From: Candidatus Gottesmanbacteria bacterium
GTDB lineage: Bacteria; Patescibacteriota; Microgenomatia; UBA10105; UBA927
Direction of reading: 5' to 3'
Assembly: GCA_023245335.1 (NCBI GenBank)
Contig: JAHFKK010000001.1
Location: 795,505-859,504 of the forward strand
Length of the DNA: 64,000 nt
Shown here: in pieces, positions 29,995-39,394 of the stretch
Numbering within the stretch: position 1 is the first letter of the stretch
Layout: each line of letters opens with the position of its first letter
Notes under the pieces: model-generated
What the model was told of the DNA's origin: nothing
Database searches by the model: none
Seen by the model: only the letters and a program-made list of their open reading frames with translations
Program-made: the position numbers and the translations under genes

Positions 29995-31821
29995 ATGAAG
30001 AAACGTGCGTTTAACGTGTATCAGATCCTTATCTTCCTTTTTGGATTTGTTTTGCTGAGTCTTTGCCCCAAACCCGTCTATGCGACCGGCGAATTCCAAG
30101 CGGATTACGACGTGCAGTACGCCATAGCCCCCAGCGGCAAAACCATTGCGACCCAGCACGTCACACTGACCAATAAACTATCCAATTACTATCCCAAGCA
30201 ATATTCACTCCTTCTGGACAGCGACAAAATTTCAAATGTCATCGCCTATGATGACGGGGGCGTCATAAGCCCCGCCATCTCGGTCAAAGATGGCAAGACT
30301 GACATTACGCTTGCGTTTAATGTCAAGACGATCGGCTTAGGCAAGTCGTTTACGTTTTCCCTACGGTACGAACATAGCGGTATCGCCGCACAAAACGGCA
30401 ATATCTGGGAGATCTACGTGCCCGGCATCACGAATGACCCGGATATAGGGGAGTACAATGTGACGCTTGCCGTACCGCCAACGTTTGGACCCGCGGCGTA
30501 TTTATCACCGAGGCCCGCAAGCGGCAATACGTGGAATAAGGACCAAATGATAAGGGGGGGAATTGCCGGCGCATACGGGTCTTCACAGAATTTCGTCGCA
30601 AATCTAACGTACTCCATATCAAACGATGCGCTCGTTCCGAAGATCGGCGAACTTGCCCTACCGCCCGATACGGCATATCAAAAAGTGACCGTACAAAACC
30701 TTGATCCCAAACCGCAAACCGTGGTTCGCGATTCAGACGGCAACTGGCTTGCCAGGTACGAGCTTGGCCCCAGGGAATCCATGGCGGTTCATGCCAAGGT
30801 TCATATAGCTACCTTTATCGCAGCGCGGTCCGATTATCTGGCTCCGCAGGTTACGACGCCATCGTATGTGACGCCGCAAAAATACTGGCAGGTAAATGAC
30901 CCCCAAATACAGACGCTCGCGAAGCGCTATACCACGCCTCGACAAATATATGATTATGTTGCCTCCGCCTTGAAGTACGATTATTCGAGGGTAAATTCCG
31001 GCACGGTACGCCTCGGAGCAGTAGGGGCACTAGGCGCACCATCTCAGGCCGTCTGTATGGAGTTCACTGACCTATTCATTGCAATAGCAAGGGCGGCCGG
31101 CATACCGGCACGTCGCGACGTGGGATATGCCTATACCAACAACCCCAAGCTTCGTCCGCTTTCGCTCGTAACTGACGTCCTGCATGCGTGGCCCGAATAT
31201 TACGACAGCGACCAAAAGCTATGGATCCCTATAGATCCCACGTGGGCAAATACGACCGGTGGCGCCGATTACTTTACCAAACTCGATTTCAATCATATCG
31301 TTTTTGCTATAAACGGCGCCGACAGCACCCTGCCGTATCCCGCAGGGTTTTATCATGCGACCAGCACGCCAACCAAAGATGTCGACGTGACGTTTGCCCC
31401 GTCCGTATCGCTCACCAGCCACCCCGACATCGTTTCTCACATAGAATTCCCGTCCCAAATAGGTGCCGGCACGAACCCGACCGGTGCCATAGTCATAAGC
31501 AACAACGGAGATACTTCGGCATACACGATCTCGGTAAGCGCACAATCCAATGTCGGGAATGTTGGGCTGACCCAGGTGATACCTGAGCTTTTGCCATACG
31601 CGACGGTGCGCCTGCCATTCACGGCGACCATACCCCAAACCTTTGCATCCGTAAACGGCACGATCAAGGCACAGGTCAATGATGCTACCTTTAAGCAGAA
31701 TTTCACGGTCCGCCCGATCGTATGGCTTATTGCGGCTATAGCAATTTTTGCCGTTACAAGCGTCGTTATCGCCGTCAAATTAGTGCAGCTTCTCCTATGG
31801 AAGATCTTCAAAAAACATTAA
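29995..31821 (+). CDS. secreted, membrane-anchored transglutaminase-like protein
   Basis: Signal peptide, VCMEF (Cys), HAW, DPTW triad, C-terminal TM. Confidence 0.88.
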   Translation: MKKRAFNVYQILIFLFGFVLLSLCPKPVYATGEFQADYDVQYAIAPSGKTIATQHVTLTNKLSNYYPKQYSLLLDSDKISNVIAYDDGGVISPAISVKDGKTDITLAFNVKTIGLGKSFTFSLRYEHSGIAAQNGNIWEIYVPGITNDPDIGEYNVTLAVPPTFGPAAYLSPRPASGNTWNKDQMIRGGIAGAYGSSQNFVANLTYSISNDALVPKIGELALPPDTAYQKVTVQNLDPKPQTVVRDSDGNWLARYELGPRESMAVHAKVHIATFIAARSDYLAPQVTTPSYVTPQKYWQVNDPQIQTLAKRYTTPRQIYDYVASALKYDYSRVNSGTVRLGAVGALGAPSQAVCMEFTDLFIAIARAAGIPARRDVGYAYTNNPKLRPLSLVTDVLHAWPEYYDSDQKLWIPIDPTWANTTGGADYFTKLDFNHIVFAINGADSTLPYPAGFYHATSTPTKDVDVTFAPSVSLTSHPDIVSHIEFPSQIGAGTNPTGAIVISNNGDTSAYTISVSAQSNVGNVGLTQVIPELLPYATVRLPFTATIPQTFASVNGTIKAQVNDATFKQNFTVRPIVWLIAAIAIFAVTSVVIAVKLVQLLLWKIFKKH

Positions 31822-33128
31822 AAACACTGCCGCACACTCCCGGTGTGTATCTCTACCACAACGCTTCCGATGATGTCATTTATGTGGGTAAGGCGAAGGA
31901 TCTGTCGCGTCGGGTCAAACAGTACTTCCAGAAGGGAGATGCCGTCGGAGACAAAACTAGGCGTCTCGTATCCGAGATAGCAAGGATCGAAATTATCACC
32001 GTCACCAGCGAATTTGATGCGCTGCTTCTTGAGGCCAAGCTCATACGGTCGTATATGCCGAAGTACAACGTTATTTCCCGTGATGACAAAAGCTCCCTCT
32101 ATATCGGCATGACGCTTTCAGAGGAACTGCCGCATATCAGATTTGTACGGAAAGGCCAGATCGCGGAACTCCTTACGAAGCGCAAAAATGTGATATATGG
32201 GCCATTTCAATCAGCTCATGCAGTACGCATAATTTTACGGCAGGTAAGAAACGCTGTGCCGTATTGCATGCAAAACGAGCGGAATGGGCGTCCGTGCTTT
32301 TATACTCATTTAGGTTTATGTTCGCCGTGTCCTTCAGTGATCGCAAAAATGTCCGATGCGGACGGACGAAGGAAGCTCATCCGTCTCTACCGCAAAAACA
32401 TATACCAGCTGAAAGCGCTTTTTGACGGAAAAACCGCTGAAGTCCGACGACAGTACGAAGCTCGTATGAAATTGGCCGCCCGCGCACTCCGATTTGAAGA
32501 GGCAGGAGATCTAAAAAAACGTATCGATGCCCTATATAGTATCGCCGAATACCGCTACGATCCGGCAATATTTCTGGAACGTGGCGCCCAGGATGTGTAT
32601 GAGGATGAATTGGAGGAACTTACGGCGGTTCTCCGAATATTTTACCCTGACCTGACAGACCTCACGCGCATAGAATGCTTCGATATGTCCCAGTTATTTG
32701 GCACCAACGCCGTCGGCTCTATGGTTGTTCTCGTTGACGGCAAACCTGACACACATGAGTACCGCAGATTTCGTATACGCGACAAGGGCACCATCTCCGA
32801 TACCAGTATGATGGCTGAGGTCCTTGCAAGGAGATTTAAACATACTGATTGGCCGATGCCGCAGTTTATCCTTATAGATGGCGGTAAGCCGCAACTCGCC
32901 ATAACCTATGAGGTCATGAAGAAGGCGGATATCCAGATACCGTACGCAGGGCTTGCGAAGCGCCAGGAGGAGCTCATCATTCCGCTTCCTGACGGGAGAT
33001 ATAAAACAGTCCGTCTGCCGCTTTCCGGTAAGGCGCTCAAAGTGCTCCAGCGTGTGCGTGATGAAGCTCACCGGTTTGCCATTTCCTATCACCGTCTGCT
33101 ACGGGGAAAGAGCGTCATGGCGGTTTGA
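31797..33128 (+). CDS. uvrC: excinuclease ABC subunit C (short form)
   Basis: PGVY..YVGKAK GIY-YIG domain, IECFDMS, IDGGKPQL, RDEAHRFA. Confidence 0.93.
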   Translation: MEDLQKTLKTLPHTPGVYLYHNASDDVIYVGKAKDLSRRVKQYFQKGDAVGDKTRRLVSEIARIEIITVTSEFDALLLEAKLIRSYMPKYNVISRDDKSSLYIGMTLSEELPHIRFVRKGQIAELLTKRKNVIYGPFQSAHAVRIILRQVRNAVPYCMQNERNGRPCFYTHLGLCSPCPSVIAKMSDADGRRKLIRLYRKNIYQLKALFDGKTAEVRRQYEARMKLAARALRFEEAGDLKKRIDALYSIAEYRYDPAIFLERGAQDVYEDELEELTAVLRIFYPDLTDLTRIECFDMSQLFGTNAVGSMVVLVDGKPDTHEYRRFRIRDKGTISDTSMMAEVLARRFKHTDWPMPQFILIDGGKPQLAITYEVMKKADIQIPYAGLAKRQEELIIPLPDGRYKTVRLPLSGKALKVLQRVRDEAHRFAISYHRLLRGKSVMAV

Positions 33129-33162
33129 CCCGATACCTCAAACTTGATACCATTGAGGCACG

Positions 33163-33567
33163 ATGAAGTACCTTATCCGTACGTTTCTGTTTAATTGCTT
33201 TTCCCTTTGGTTCGTGTCGCAGATTCTCCCGGCCCTCACGATTTCCGGCAGCTGGCAGGTTCTTTTGTTTGCCGGATTTGTCTTAAGCATACTGATGCTT
33301 CTCATCGCCCCTCTTCTCAAGATACTTTTCATTCCGATAAACATCATCACATTCGGTCTTCTGTCATGGCTTATAAACGTGATCGTGCTTTACCTTCTCA
33401 CCTTCTTTGTGACCGACGTATCGATCCATGCATGGAAATTTCCTGGTGCAACATGGGCCGGGTTTGTGATCCCTCCGATAACCTTTTCGTACATTCTGGC
33501 GCTTATTTTGGTATCATTGAGTGTTACGTTTTTTTCCAACCTCCTGCACGACATCTCGGAGCATTGA
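33163..33567 (+). CDS. 4-TM phage-holin-family (YvlD-like) membrane protein
   Basis: PLLKILFIPINIITFGL..WLIN motif. Confidence 0.8.
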   Translation: MKYLIRTFLFNCFSLWFVSQILPALTISGSWQVLLFAGFVLSILMLLIAPLLKILFIPINIITFGLLSWLINVIVLYLLTFFVTDVSIHAWKFPGATWAGFVIPPITFSYILALILVSLSVTFFSNLLHDISEH

Positions 33568-33570
33568 CGT

Positions 33571-34584
33571 ATGACGACTAAAAAAGATCAGAAACGGATC
33601 GTGTGTATCGGTGGAGGCACCGGCACGTTTGTGGTGCTTCGCGGGCTAAAGCAGTATCAGTATAACCTCACGGCGATTGTCACTATGAGTGATTCAGGCG
33701 GGAGCAACCGAAGGATCCGGGACGAGTTCGGTCTCCTTCCTACCTCTGACATCCGTCAGTGTTTGGTGGCCCTCTCCGACGAAAACGGCGGGGTCGGATT
33801 ACTCCGCAAGCTTTTCATGTACCGGTTTGAAAAAGGCACGGGCCTCGCCGGTATGACATTTGGAAATCTATTTATGGCCGCCTTGACCGACATCGTCGGG
33901 AGCCAGGAAGAGGCCATCCGGAAAACCGGGAAAGTACTTCGTATCAAGGGATCTGTCATTCCCGTCACCTTGTCCGATACAAACCTCTATGCCACATATG
34001 CGGACGGCCATACCGTCACAGAAGAGCATCTCATTGATGAACCGACGCACGACGGCCGTATGCCTATCACCGAGGTCTCCCTGAAGCCGAGAGCCGTTCC
34101 CAATCCGGAAGCGATTGCGGCAATTATGTCCGCCGACCTCGTAGTCATCGGTCCAGGAGATTTATATACGAGCGTGTTACCGAATTTATTAGTGCCCGGC
34201 ATCCCCGAGGCACTCAAGGCGACCAAAGGAAAAATTGTGTATGTCATGAACCTGATGACGAAATTCGGTCAAACGTATAATTTTACGGCAGCGAAGCATC
34301 TTTCTGTACTCGAACAGTACCTCGGCCGGGCCATACGGTATGTCGTGGTAAACAGCGCGCCGCTAAGTCCCAGGGTTCTTTCCATTTATGCCAAGTATCA
34401 TGAAATCCCTGTCGCGAACGATCTCATGAAAAACGCATATTATGGCATTACTACGGCGCCAGTCGTCAGCCGTACCGTTTACGGTAAATCCAGCTCAGAC
34501 GAACTTATACGAAGCCTTATCCGTCATGACAGCGATAAACTCGCTAAAATCCTGGTATCATTATTAGAAAGGAGCGTCATATGA
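33571..34584 (+). CDS. YvcK/GlmR family (gluconeogenesis factor)
   Basis: IGGGTG, DSGGS, GPGDLYTS.LPNL. Confidence 0.92.
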   Translation: MTTKKDQKRIVCIGGGTGTFVVLRGLKQYQYNLTAIVTMSDSGGSNRRIRDEFGLLPTSDIRQCLVALSDENGGVGLLRKLFMYRFEKGTGLAGMTFGNLFMAALTDIVGSQEEAIRKTGKVLRIKGSVIPVTLSDTNLYATYADGHTVTEEHLIDEPTHDGRMPITEVSLKPRAVPNPEAIAAIMSADLVVIGPGDLYTSVLPNLLVPGIPEALKATKGKIVYVMNLMTKFGQTYNFTAAKHLSVLEQYLGRAIRYVVVNSAPLSPRVLSIYAKYHEIPVANDLMKNAYYGITTAPVVSRTVYGKSSSDELIRSLIRHDSDKLAKILVSLLERSVI

Positions 34585-34796
34585 AAATGGGATTACTCAT
34601 CCTGCATGTTCTCATATCCGTAGGTCTTATAGGGCTCATACTGCTTCAAAGCAGCAAAGGAGGGCTCGGGAGCGCGTTTGGCGGCGGGGGATCATTCCGC
34701 ACAAAACGCGGCGCAGAAAAGATTGTGTTTCATTCTACCATCGTTTTGGCGGTCTTGTTTCTCGTCACATCGATTTTGAACGTGATGGTTCGTTAA
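34581..34796 (+). CDS. secG: preprotein translocase subunit SecG
   Basis: ILLQ..KGGLGSAFGG...RGAEK, two TMs. Confidence 0.92.
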   Translation: MKMGLLILHVLISVGLIGLILLQSSKGGLGSAFGGGGSFRTKRGAEKIVFHSTIVLAVLFLVTSILNVMVR

Positions 34797-34809
34797 TACA
34801 TTCTTTGTT

Positions 34810-36153
34810 ATGGCCGTGCCACGATCCATACGACTTTTTTATCTCATCGCCATTGAACTTGCCCGTAAATATACGCGGTCGCTCGTATTGGGTTTCTGTG
34901 TCGGCCTATTCTTGTCGTTCCTTTTTTGGAAACTCTATCCGGTTGTCATAACCCCGCTTATTCATCATGTCGACCGCGTTGGAATCATCGGTGACTTCAC
35001 CCCGTCAAATCTGCCGCAATCTATCCAGGAATTAATAAGCGGCGGTCTTACTGCTCTGACGCCGGACGGTTCCGCGAAGCCAGCCTTGGCAAGCAGCTGG
35101 GAAGCCACGAACAGCGGTAAGACCTATATATTTACTCTCCGCCGGGATCTGACATGGCACACCGGGAGAGCGGTGACGTCACATGACATCAATTACAACA
35201 TCCGCGGCGTGACGCTCATACCCACAGGAGATGACACCTTAACCGCATATCTGCAATATCCATACAGTCCGTTTCCCACACTTATTTCCAAACCTATTTT
35301 TATGCCCGGGCTCAAAGGGTTCGGACCGTATGAAGTCAGCGGCATCTCACTGCAAGGGGACTCGGTCAAGTCGCTGCAGCTCACCCCCGTTAATCTTGCG
35401 GGATCATCTCCCAAGGATTACGTTTTTTATCAGACAGAAGCCCAGGCAATCACAGCGTTTAAGTTAGGTGAGGTGAATGCCCTTGAGGAGCTTTCCACAA
35501 GCTCCGGGCTCACCAATTGGCGTAACGTGAGTATAGAAAGGAATACGAAATACAATCGAATCGTGACGTTATTTTTTAACATGCATGACCCAAAACTTGA
35601 GGACAAAAATATTCGACAGGGATTGGCGTATGGCGTCCCAGATTTATCATATGAACGGGCGCGGTCGCCGCTCTCTAAAACCTCATGGGCCTATACCACG
35701 ACCAATGTCCGGCAATATGACTACGATCCTGTTCAGGCGAAGAAGCTCATCGGGCATACCGAAATCGCGACCACCTCAGCACAACTTACGCTTTCCACAT
35801 TTTCCCAGTACCTCGACGTCGCCCAGTCTATCGCCGCCTCATGGACCTCGCTCGGGATCAATACCAAAGTACAAGTTGAAAATGATGTCCCCTCGACTTA
35901 CCAGGTACTTTTGAGCGCGCAGGATGTACCTCCGGATCCCGACCAATATCTCTTTTGGCATTCGACCCAGAGTCAGACAAACGTGACGGGCTACGTGAAC
36001 GTCAAGATTGATAAGCTTCTCGAGGATGGCCGTCAGGAGCTGGATCAGACAAAACGAAAGGTCATCTATGCCGATCTCCAGAGAAGATTAGTAGAGGACA
36101 CACCGGCAGTATTTCTCTATTACCCGACGACCTATACCGTTACGAGGAAGTAG
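34810..36153 (+). CDS. ABC peptide/nickel substrate-binding protein (family 5)
   Basis: PALASSW, YIFTLR, WH.G..VT, PDPDQY.FWHS. Confidence 0.85.
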   Translation: MAVPRSIRLFYLIAIELARKYTRSLVLGFCVGLFLSFLFWKLYPVVITPLIHHVDRVGIIGDFTPSNLPQSIQELISGGLTALTPDGSAKPALASSWEATNSGKTYIFTLRRDLTWHTGRAVTSHDINYNIRGVTLIPTGDDTLTAYLQYPYSPFPTLISKPIFMPGLKGFGPYEVSGISLQGDSVKSLQLTPVNLAGSSPKDYVFYQTEAQAITAFKLGEVNALEELSTSSGLTNWRNVSIERNTKYNRIVTLFFNMHDPKLEDKNIRQGLAYGVPDLSYERARSPLSKTSWAYTTTNVRQYDYDPVQAKKLIGHTEIATTSAQLTLSTFSQYLDVAQSIAASWTSLGINTKVQVENDVPSTYQVLLSAQDVPPDPDQYLFWHSTQSQTNVTGYVNVKIDKLLEDGRQELDQTKRKVIYADLQRRLVEDTPAVFLYYPTTYTVTRK

Positions 36154-36634
36154 CTGCCTTATCCAGAGGTATCTCAAGAATAGATTCAAAATCGTCGAAT
36201 CCCAAGGATTTATAAAATCGTCTCGCATCAGCATTTTTTGCCATCGCCGCGACGCGAATCCTTTTTACGCCGCGTTTCGCAGCAATTTTTTTCGCTTCTG
36301 TTATCAACCTTGTGCCCAGCTTCTGATTTCTATAGTCTTCTCTCACAAACATGTTTTCTATCTCCGCGATCGGATTGTGTAAACGGTATGCGAAGACATG
36401 AATGAACAATAATATATAGCCAACCACTGTACTGTCCGCTTCAGCAACCAGGATGATAGAGGAGTCGCTTTCTAAACGTTTTTGGAAATAACTTCGCCCT
36501 TTTTCGGAATACGTCCAATCAAGGTTATATTCGTGATCAAATTTAGACTCGTAATCAAAAAGCGCTTTGTTTAAAGAGAGGATTGATTCCAAATCTTTAC
36601 GTTCTGCCTTTCGAACCGCGATATTCATACGCAT
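36140..36634 (-). CDS. GNAT family N-acetyltransferase
   Basis: MFVREDYRNQKLG motif A, ARRFYKSLGF. Confidence 0.9.
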   Translation of the reverse strand: MRMNIAVRKAERKDLESILSLNKALFDYESKFDHEYNLDWTYSEKGRSYFQKRLESDSSIILVAEADSTVVGYILLFIHVFAYRLHNPIAEIENMFVREDYRNQKLGTRLITEAKKIAAKRGVKRIRVAAMAKNADARRFYKSLGFDDFESILEIPLDKAATSS

Positions 36635-36658
36635 ACATTGTCAAAATCTTATTCCTTG

Positions 36659-36730
36659 CTGCGGGGCTTGGATTCGGACCAAGAATACCCTGCTCCAAAG
36701 GCAGGTGTCCTACCATTGAACGACCCCGCA
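36659..36730 (-). tRNA. tRNA-Gln(TTG)
   Basis: Acceptor TGCGGGG/CCCCGCA, anticodon arm CCTGC-CTTTGGA-GCAGG; T-loop TCCGAAT. Confidence 0.92.
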
Positions 36731-36743
36731 AACCTCTAATCTG

Positions 36744-36815
36744 AGCGGCGGACGGGAATTGAACCCGCTACCTTCTCCTTGGCAAGGAGACATTCTACCG
36801 GTGAACTACCGCCGC
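36744..36815 (-). tRNA. tRNA-Gly(GCC)
   Basis: Cloverleaf, TCTCC-TTGCCAA-GGAGA. Confidence 0.95.
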
Positions 36816-36850
36816 CGCGTTTTACGCGGCGTAGAAACGTTTAACGTTTC
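36813..36850. repeat. pair of short palindromes downstream of the GIY-YIG gene
   Basis: CGCCGCGT-TTT-ACGCGGCG and GAAACGT-TTA-ACGTTTC. Confidence 0.8.
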
Positions 36851-36863
36851 GCTTTTACACCCG

Positions 36864-37139
36864 CTACTGAGAGTAATTATACCCTAGTTTAAAGAATATG
36901 TCATGAAGTTGGAGCGCTAATAACTTCCTTCCTGCACCACTTTTTAGAAACAATTCCCGCCTTCGTCCATCCGTCTCTAAAGAGTAAGATTCGTAATATA
37001 TAAGTTGTACCGGCAATCTATTTTTCGTGGATAGAACGTGTCCCGAAATATGTTTATGGAATCTTTTTTGAAGGTCAGGAGTAGAGCCGATATATAATTT
37101 ACCATCTTTTTTGCTATAAAGCACGTAAACGTAATACAT
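36864..37139 (-). CDS. small stand-alone GIY-YIG nuclease
   Basis: MYYVYVL...LYIGST.DL.KR...H, RE.FLKSG; 91 aa. Confidence 0.92.
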   Translation of the reverse strand: MYYVYVLYSKKDGKLYIGSTPDLQKRFHKHISGHVLSTKNRLPVQLIYYESYSLETDGRRRELFLKSGAGRKLLALQLHDIFFKLGYNYSQ

Positions 37140-37157
37140 GTATGATCGCAGGTGGTG

Positions 37158-37196
37158 GCGCGTTATACGCGCTGGCACCGCGTTTAACGCGGTGCC
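37158..37196. repeat. pair of short palindromes upstream of the GIY-YIG gene
   Basis: GCGCGT-TAT-ACGCGC and GGCACCGCGT-TTA-ACGCGGTGCC. Confidence 0.8.
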
Positions 37197-37265
37197 GAGA
37201 CTAGGAGTTGCACCCAGATAACGTGTTTTTCAGACACGCGCCTTGACTACCTCGGCCATCTCGGC
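37193..37265 (-). tRNA. tRNA-Phe(GAA)
   Basis: Acceptor GCCGAGA/TCTCGGC, CGTGT-CTGAAAA-ACACG; T-loop TGCAACT. Confidence 0.88.
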
Positions 37266-37373
37266 ATGAACAAATACATTGTTAACGAAGTGATTCCCGC
37301 GCAAGCGTACGCCTGCGCCTTGTCCACTCAAGGGATCTATGGAACTACCTCGGCTGTTCAAATTCAAATTGGG

Positions 37374-37446
37374 TGGACGATGAGGGATTCGAACCCCCAA
37401 CCCCTTCGATGTAAACGAAGTGCTCTAGCCGTTGAGCTAATCGTCC
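37374..37446 (-). tRNA. tRNA-Val(TAC)
   Basis: Cloverleaf, CTTCG-TTTACAT-CGAAG. Confidence 0.95.
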
Positions 37447-37555
37447 GCCACCGTACTCATTTTATCAAATAGAGAGACTAAGCCACAAGGCGCATCATTT
37501 GACAAATCCTTTCAACTCTGTTTGTGTAATAGATGACATCATTTATTTGTAATGT

Positions 37556-38590
37556 ATGAAACATCGAAAAATTAAGCGCGTCCATAAACGGACCATCGCG
37601 CTCCTTTACCATTACGTCCCCAAGACTATTACGGACGAGTACTTCTCCAAAGAACACGCGCTCGTTGACAACCAGACCGATGAAATCGTGCAGTATATGA
37701 AACGGTTATTCGCTCGGCGCGGGTATAACGTGCAAATCATCAAAGTCGAGCCGGACGATCTTTCGGGCCTCAAACAGCTCAAAGCGGATTTCGTATTTAA
37801 CCTGGTGGACAGCAAAAAAATGGAAATGGAAATCGCTCGGATTCTCGGACGCCTTCATATCCCGTACTCCGGTTCGTCTTTTGCCGCGATTCAAACGTCG
37901 AATAACAAATTACGGACAAAAAAGCTTTTTGAAAAACATGCATTGCCGACTCCGAAATACACCATCATCGGGCTACACGACCGCATTACCCGCAGGCTTC
38001 TTCCTGGGAAATTTCCGGTCATCGTCAAACCGGCCTTCGAGCACTGCAGTATCGGCATCACGAGTAAATCTATCGCGACGACGTACGAACAATTCAAAAA
38101 ATTAGTTCAAAGGATGAAGAAAGTTCATCGCCAGGCACTTCTTGCAGAAGAATTCATAAGCGGTAAAGAACTGCAGGTAACGGTCCTCGAGACTCCGACC
38201 AAAACATTTGCCTTGCCGATTGCAGAGATTGCATTCCGCGGGCAGGTGAAGAACAAATGGAATATCTATGGCTTTGATGAAAAGTGGACCAAAAATCTAC
38301 CGGTCTACAGCAGTTGCCACTTCGTCGCGCCCCCGAAACAATTACGGGGAGATGTCGACAGCGGCATAAGAAAGGACAGTATCCGGGCATTCTACGCCTT
38401 GGGCTTACGGGATTATGCAAGGTTTGATCTACGATATAGTACCAAGGAGAGCCGTTGGTATTTCCTGGAAGCCAATGCCAACGCCGGCTTTGATCCAGAT
38501 CCCAGAGACGCCATGACGGCATCCATCCGCGCTCACGGCATGACGCTCGACGACTTCGTTTTGCAGATTGTGCGAAACTCTATACACTGA
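37556..38590 (+). CDS. D-Ala-D-Ala ligase-like ATP-grasp protein
   Basis: IPYSGS, FPVIVKP, EEFISGKE, DYARFDLR, FLEANAN. Confidence 0.85.
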   Translation: MKHRKIKRVHKRTIALLYHYVPKTITDEYFSKEHALVDNQTDEIVQYMKRLFARRGYNVQIIKVEPDDLSGLKQLKADFVFNLVDSKKMEMEIARILGRLHIPYSGSSFAAIQTSNNKLRTKKLFEKHALPTPKYTIIGLHDRITRRLLPGKFPVIVKPAFEHCSIGITSKSIATTYEQFKKLVQRMKKVHRQALLAEEFISGKELQVTVLETPTKTFALPIAEIAFRGQVKNKWNIYGFDEKWTKNLPVYSSCHFVAPPKQLRGDVDSGIRKDSIRAFYALGLRDYARFDLRYSTKESRWYFLEANANAGFDPDPRDAMTASIRAHGMTLDDFVLQIVRNSIH

Positions 38591-38603
38591 TATTCTTACC
38601 ATT

Positions 38604-39065
38604 ATGAAATGCATTGTAATCTACGGTACACTCTCGGGTTCCACCATGACTGCGGCGACCGTGCTATCGGAATCACTCAAAAACGCGGGTCACGAGGTCT
38701 CACTCGTGATGGCAGATCCTTCGACGAAGGACCAAATCAAAGATGTACAGTCAGTCGTATTTGCGTCCCCAAGCTGGGAGGATAACGGCGTAGACGGACA
38801 GCCGTTGCCGGAAGTACGGCAGGTTATAGAATCCATGACAGCCGAAAATTTCACCGGCAAAAAGGTAGCCATATGCGGTTTAGGAGATGTCAGTTACCCG
38901 CACTTCTGCGGTGCAGTAGACGTCCTGGAGGGATTACTCAAAGATAGGGGAGTCACACCGATTGTCGAGTCACTCAAAATTGACCGGTACTACTCTTCCG
39001 CAGACAACGAGCAAAAAGTAAAGACCTGGACCGCCGCTCTTGCATCCATTCTCTCACAATCATAA
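38604..39065 (+). CDS. flavodoxin
   Basis: IYGTLSGST FMN loop, GLGDVSYPHFCGAVD. Confidence 0.92.
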   Translation: MKCIVIYGTLSGSTMTAATVLSESLKNAGHEVSLVMADPSTKDQIKDVQSVVFASPSWEDNGVDGQPLPEVRQVIESMTAENFTGKKVAICGLGDVSYPHFCGAVDVLEGLLKDRGVTPIVESLKIDRYYSSADNEQKVKTWTAALASILSQS

Positions 39066-39394
39066 CTTCCAATAAAAAGCAGTTATTTTATTCGTCCAAA
39101 CATTTCGGTGAAACACTTCACATTGCCATTCGTGCCTCATACACGACAAATTTTCTTTAGGTGTTTATAGAATACGTGAACCCAGATTTCTCCCCAGGAT
39201 TATCCAATAACTTCGCAGATTAGTATTGATAAATTCACGCGTTCCCTCAGATTCTTGTATAAACTGGAGTATACTCGGCGTGGCAGTAGTTAGGGCTTCT
39301 TGTGGATTTTTAGAACTTTTAAACTCTTGTAAAAGGGGATTATCGCGCCTACCTTCTGGCATGTAATTTGTATATCTTCCTGGACGAAATATGC

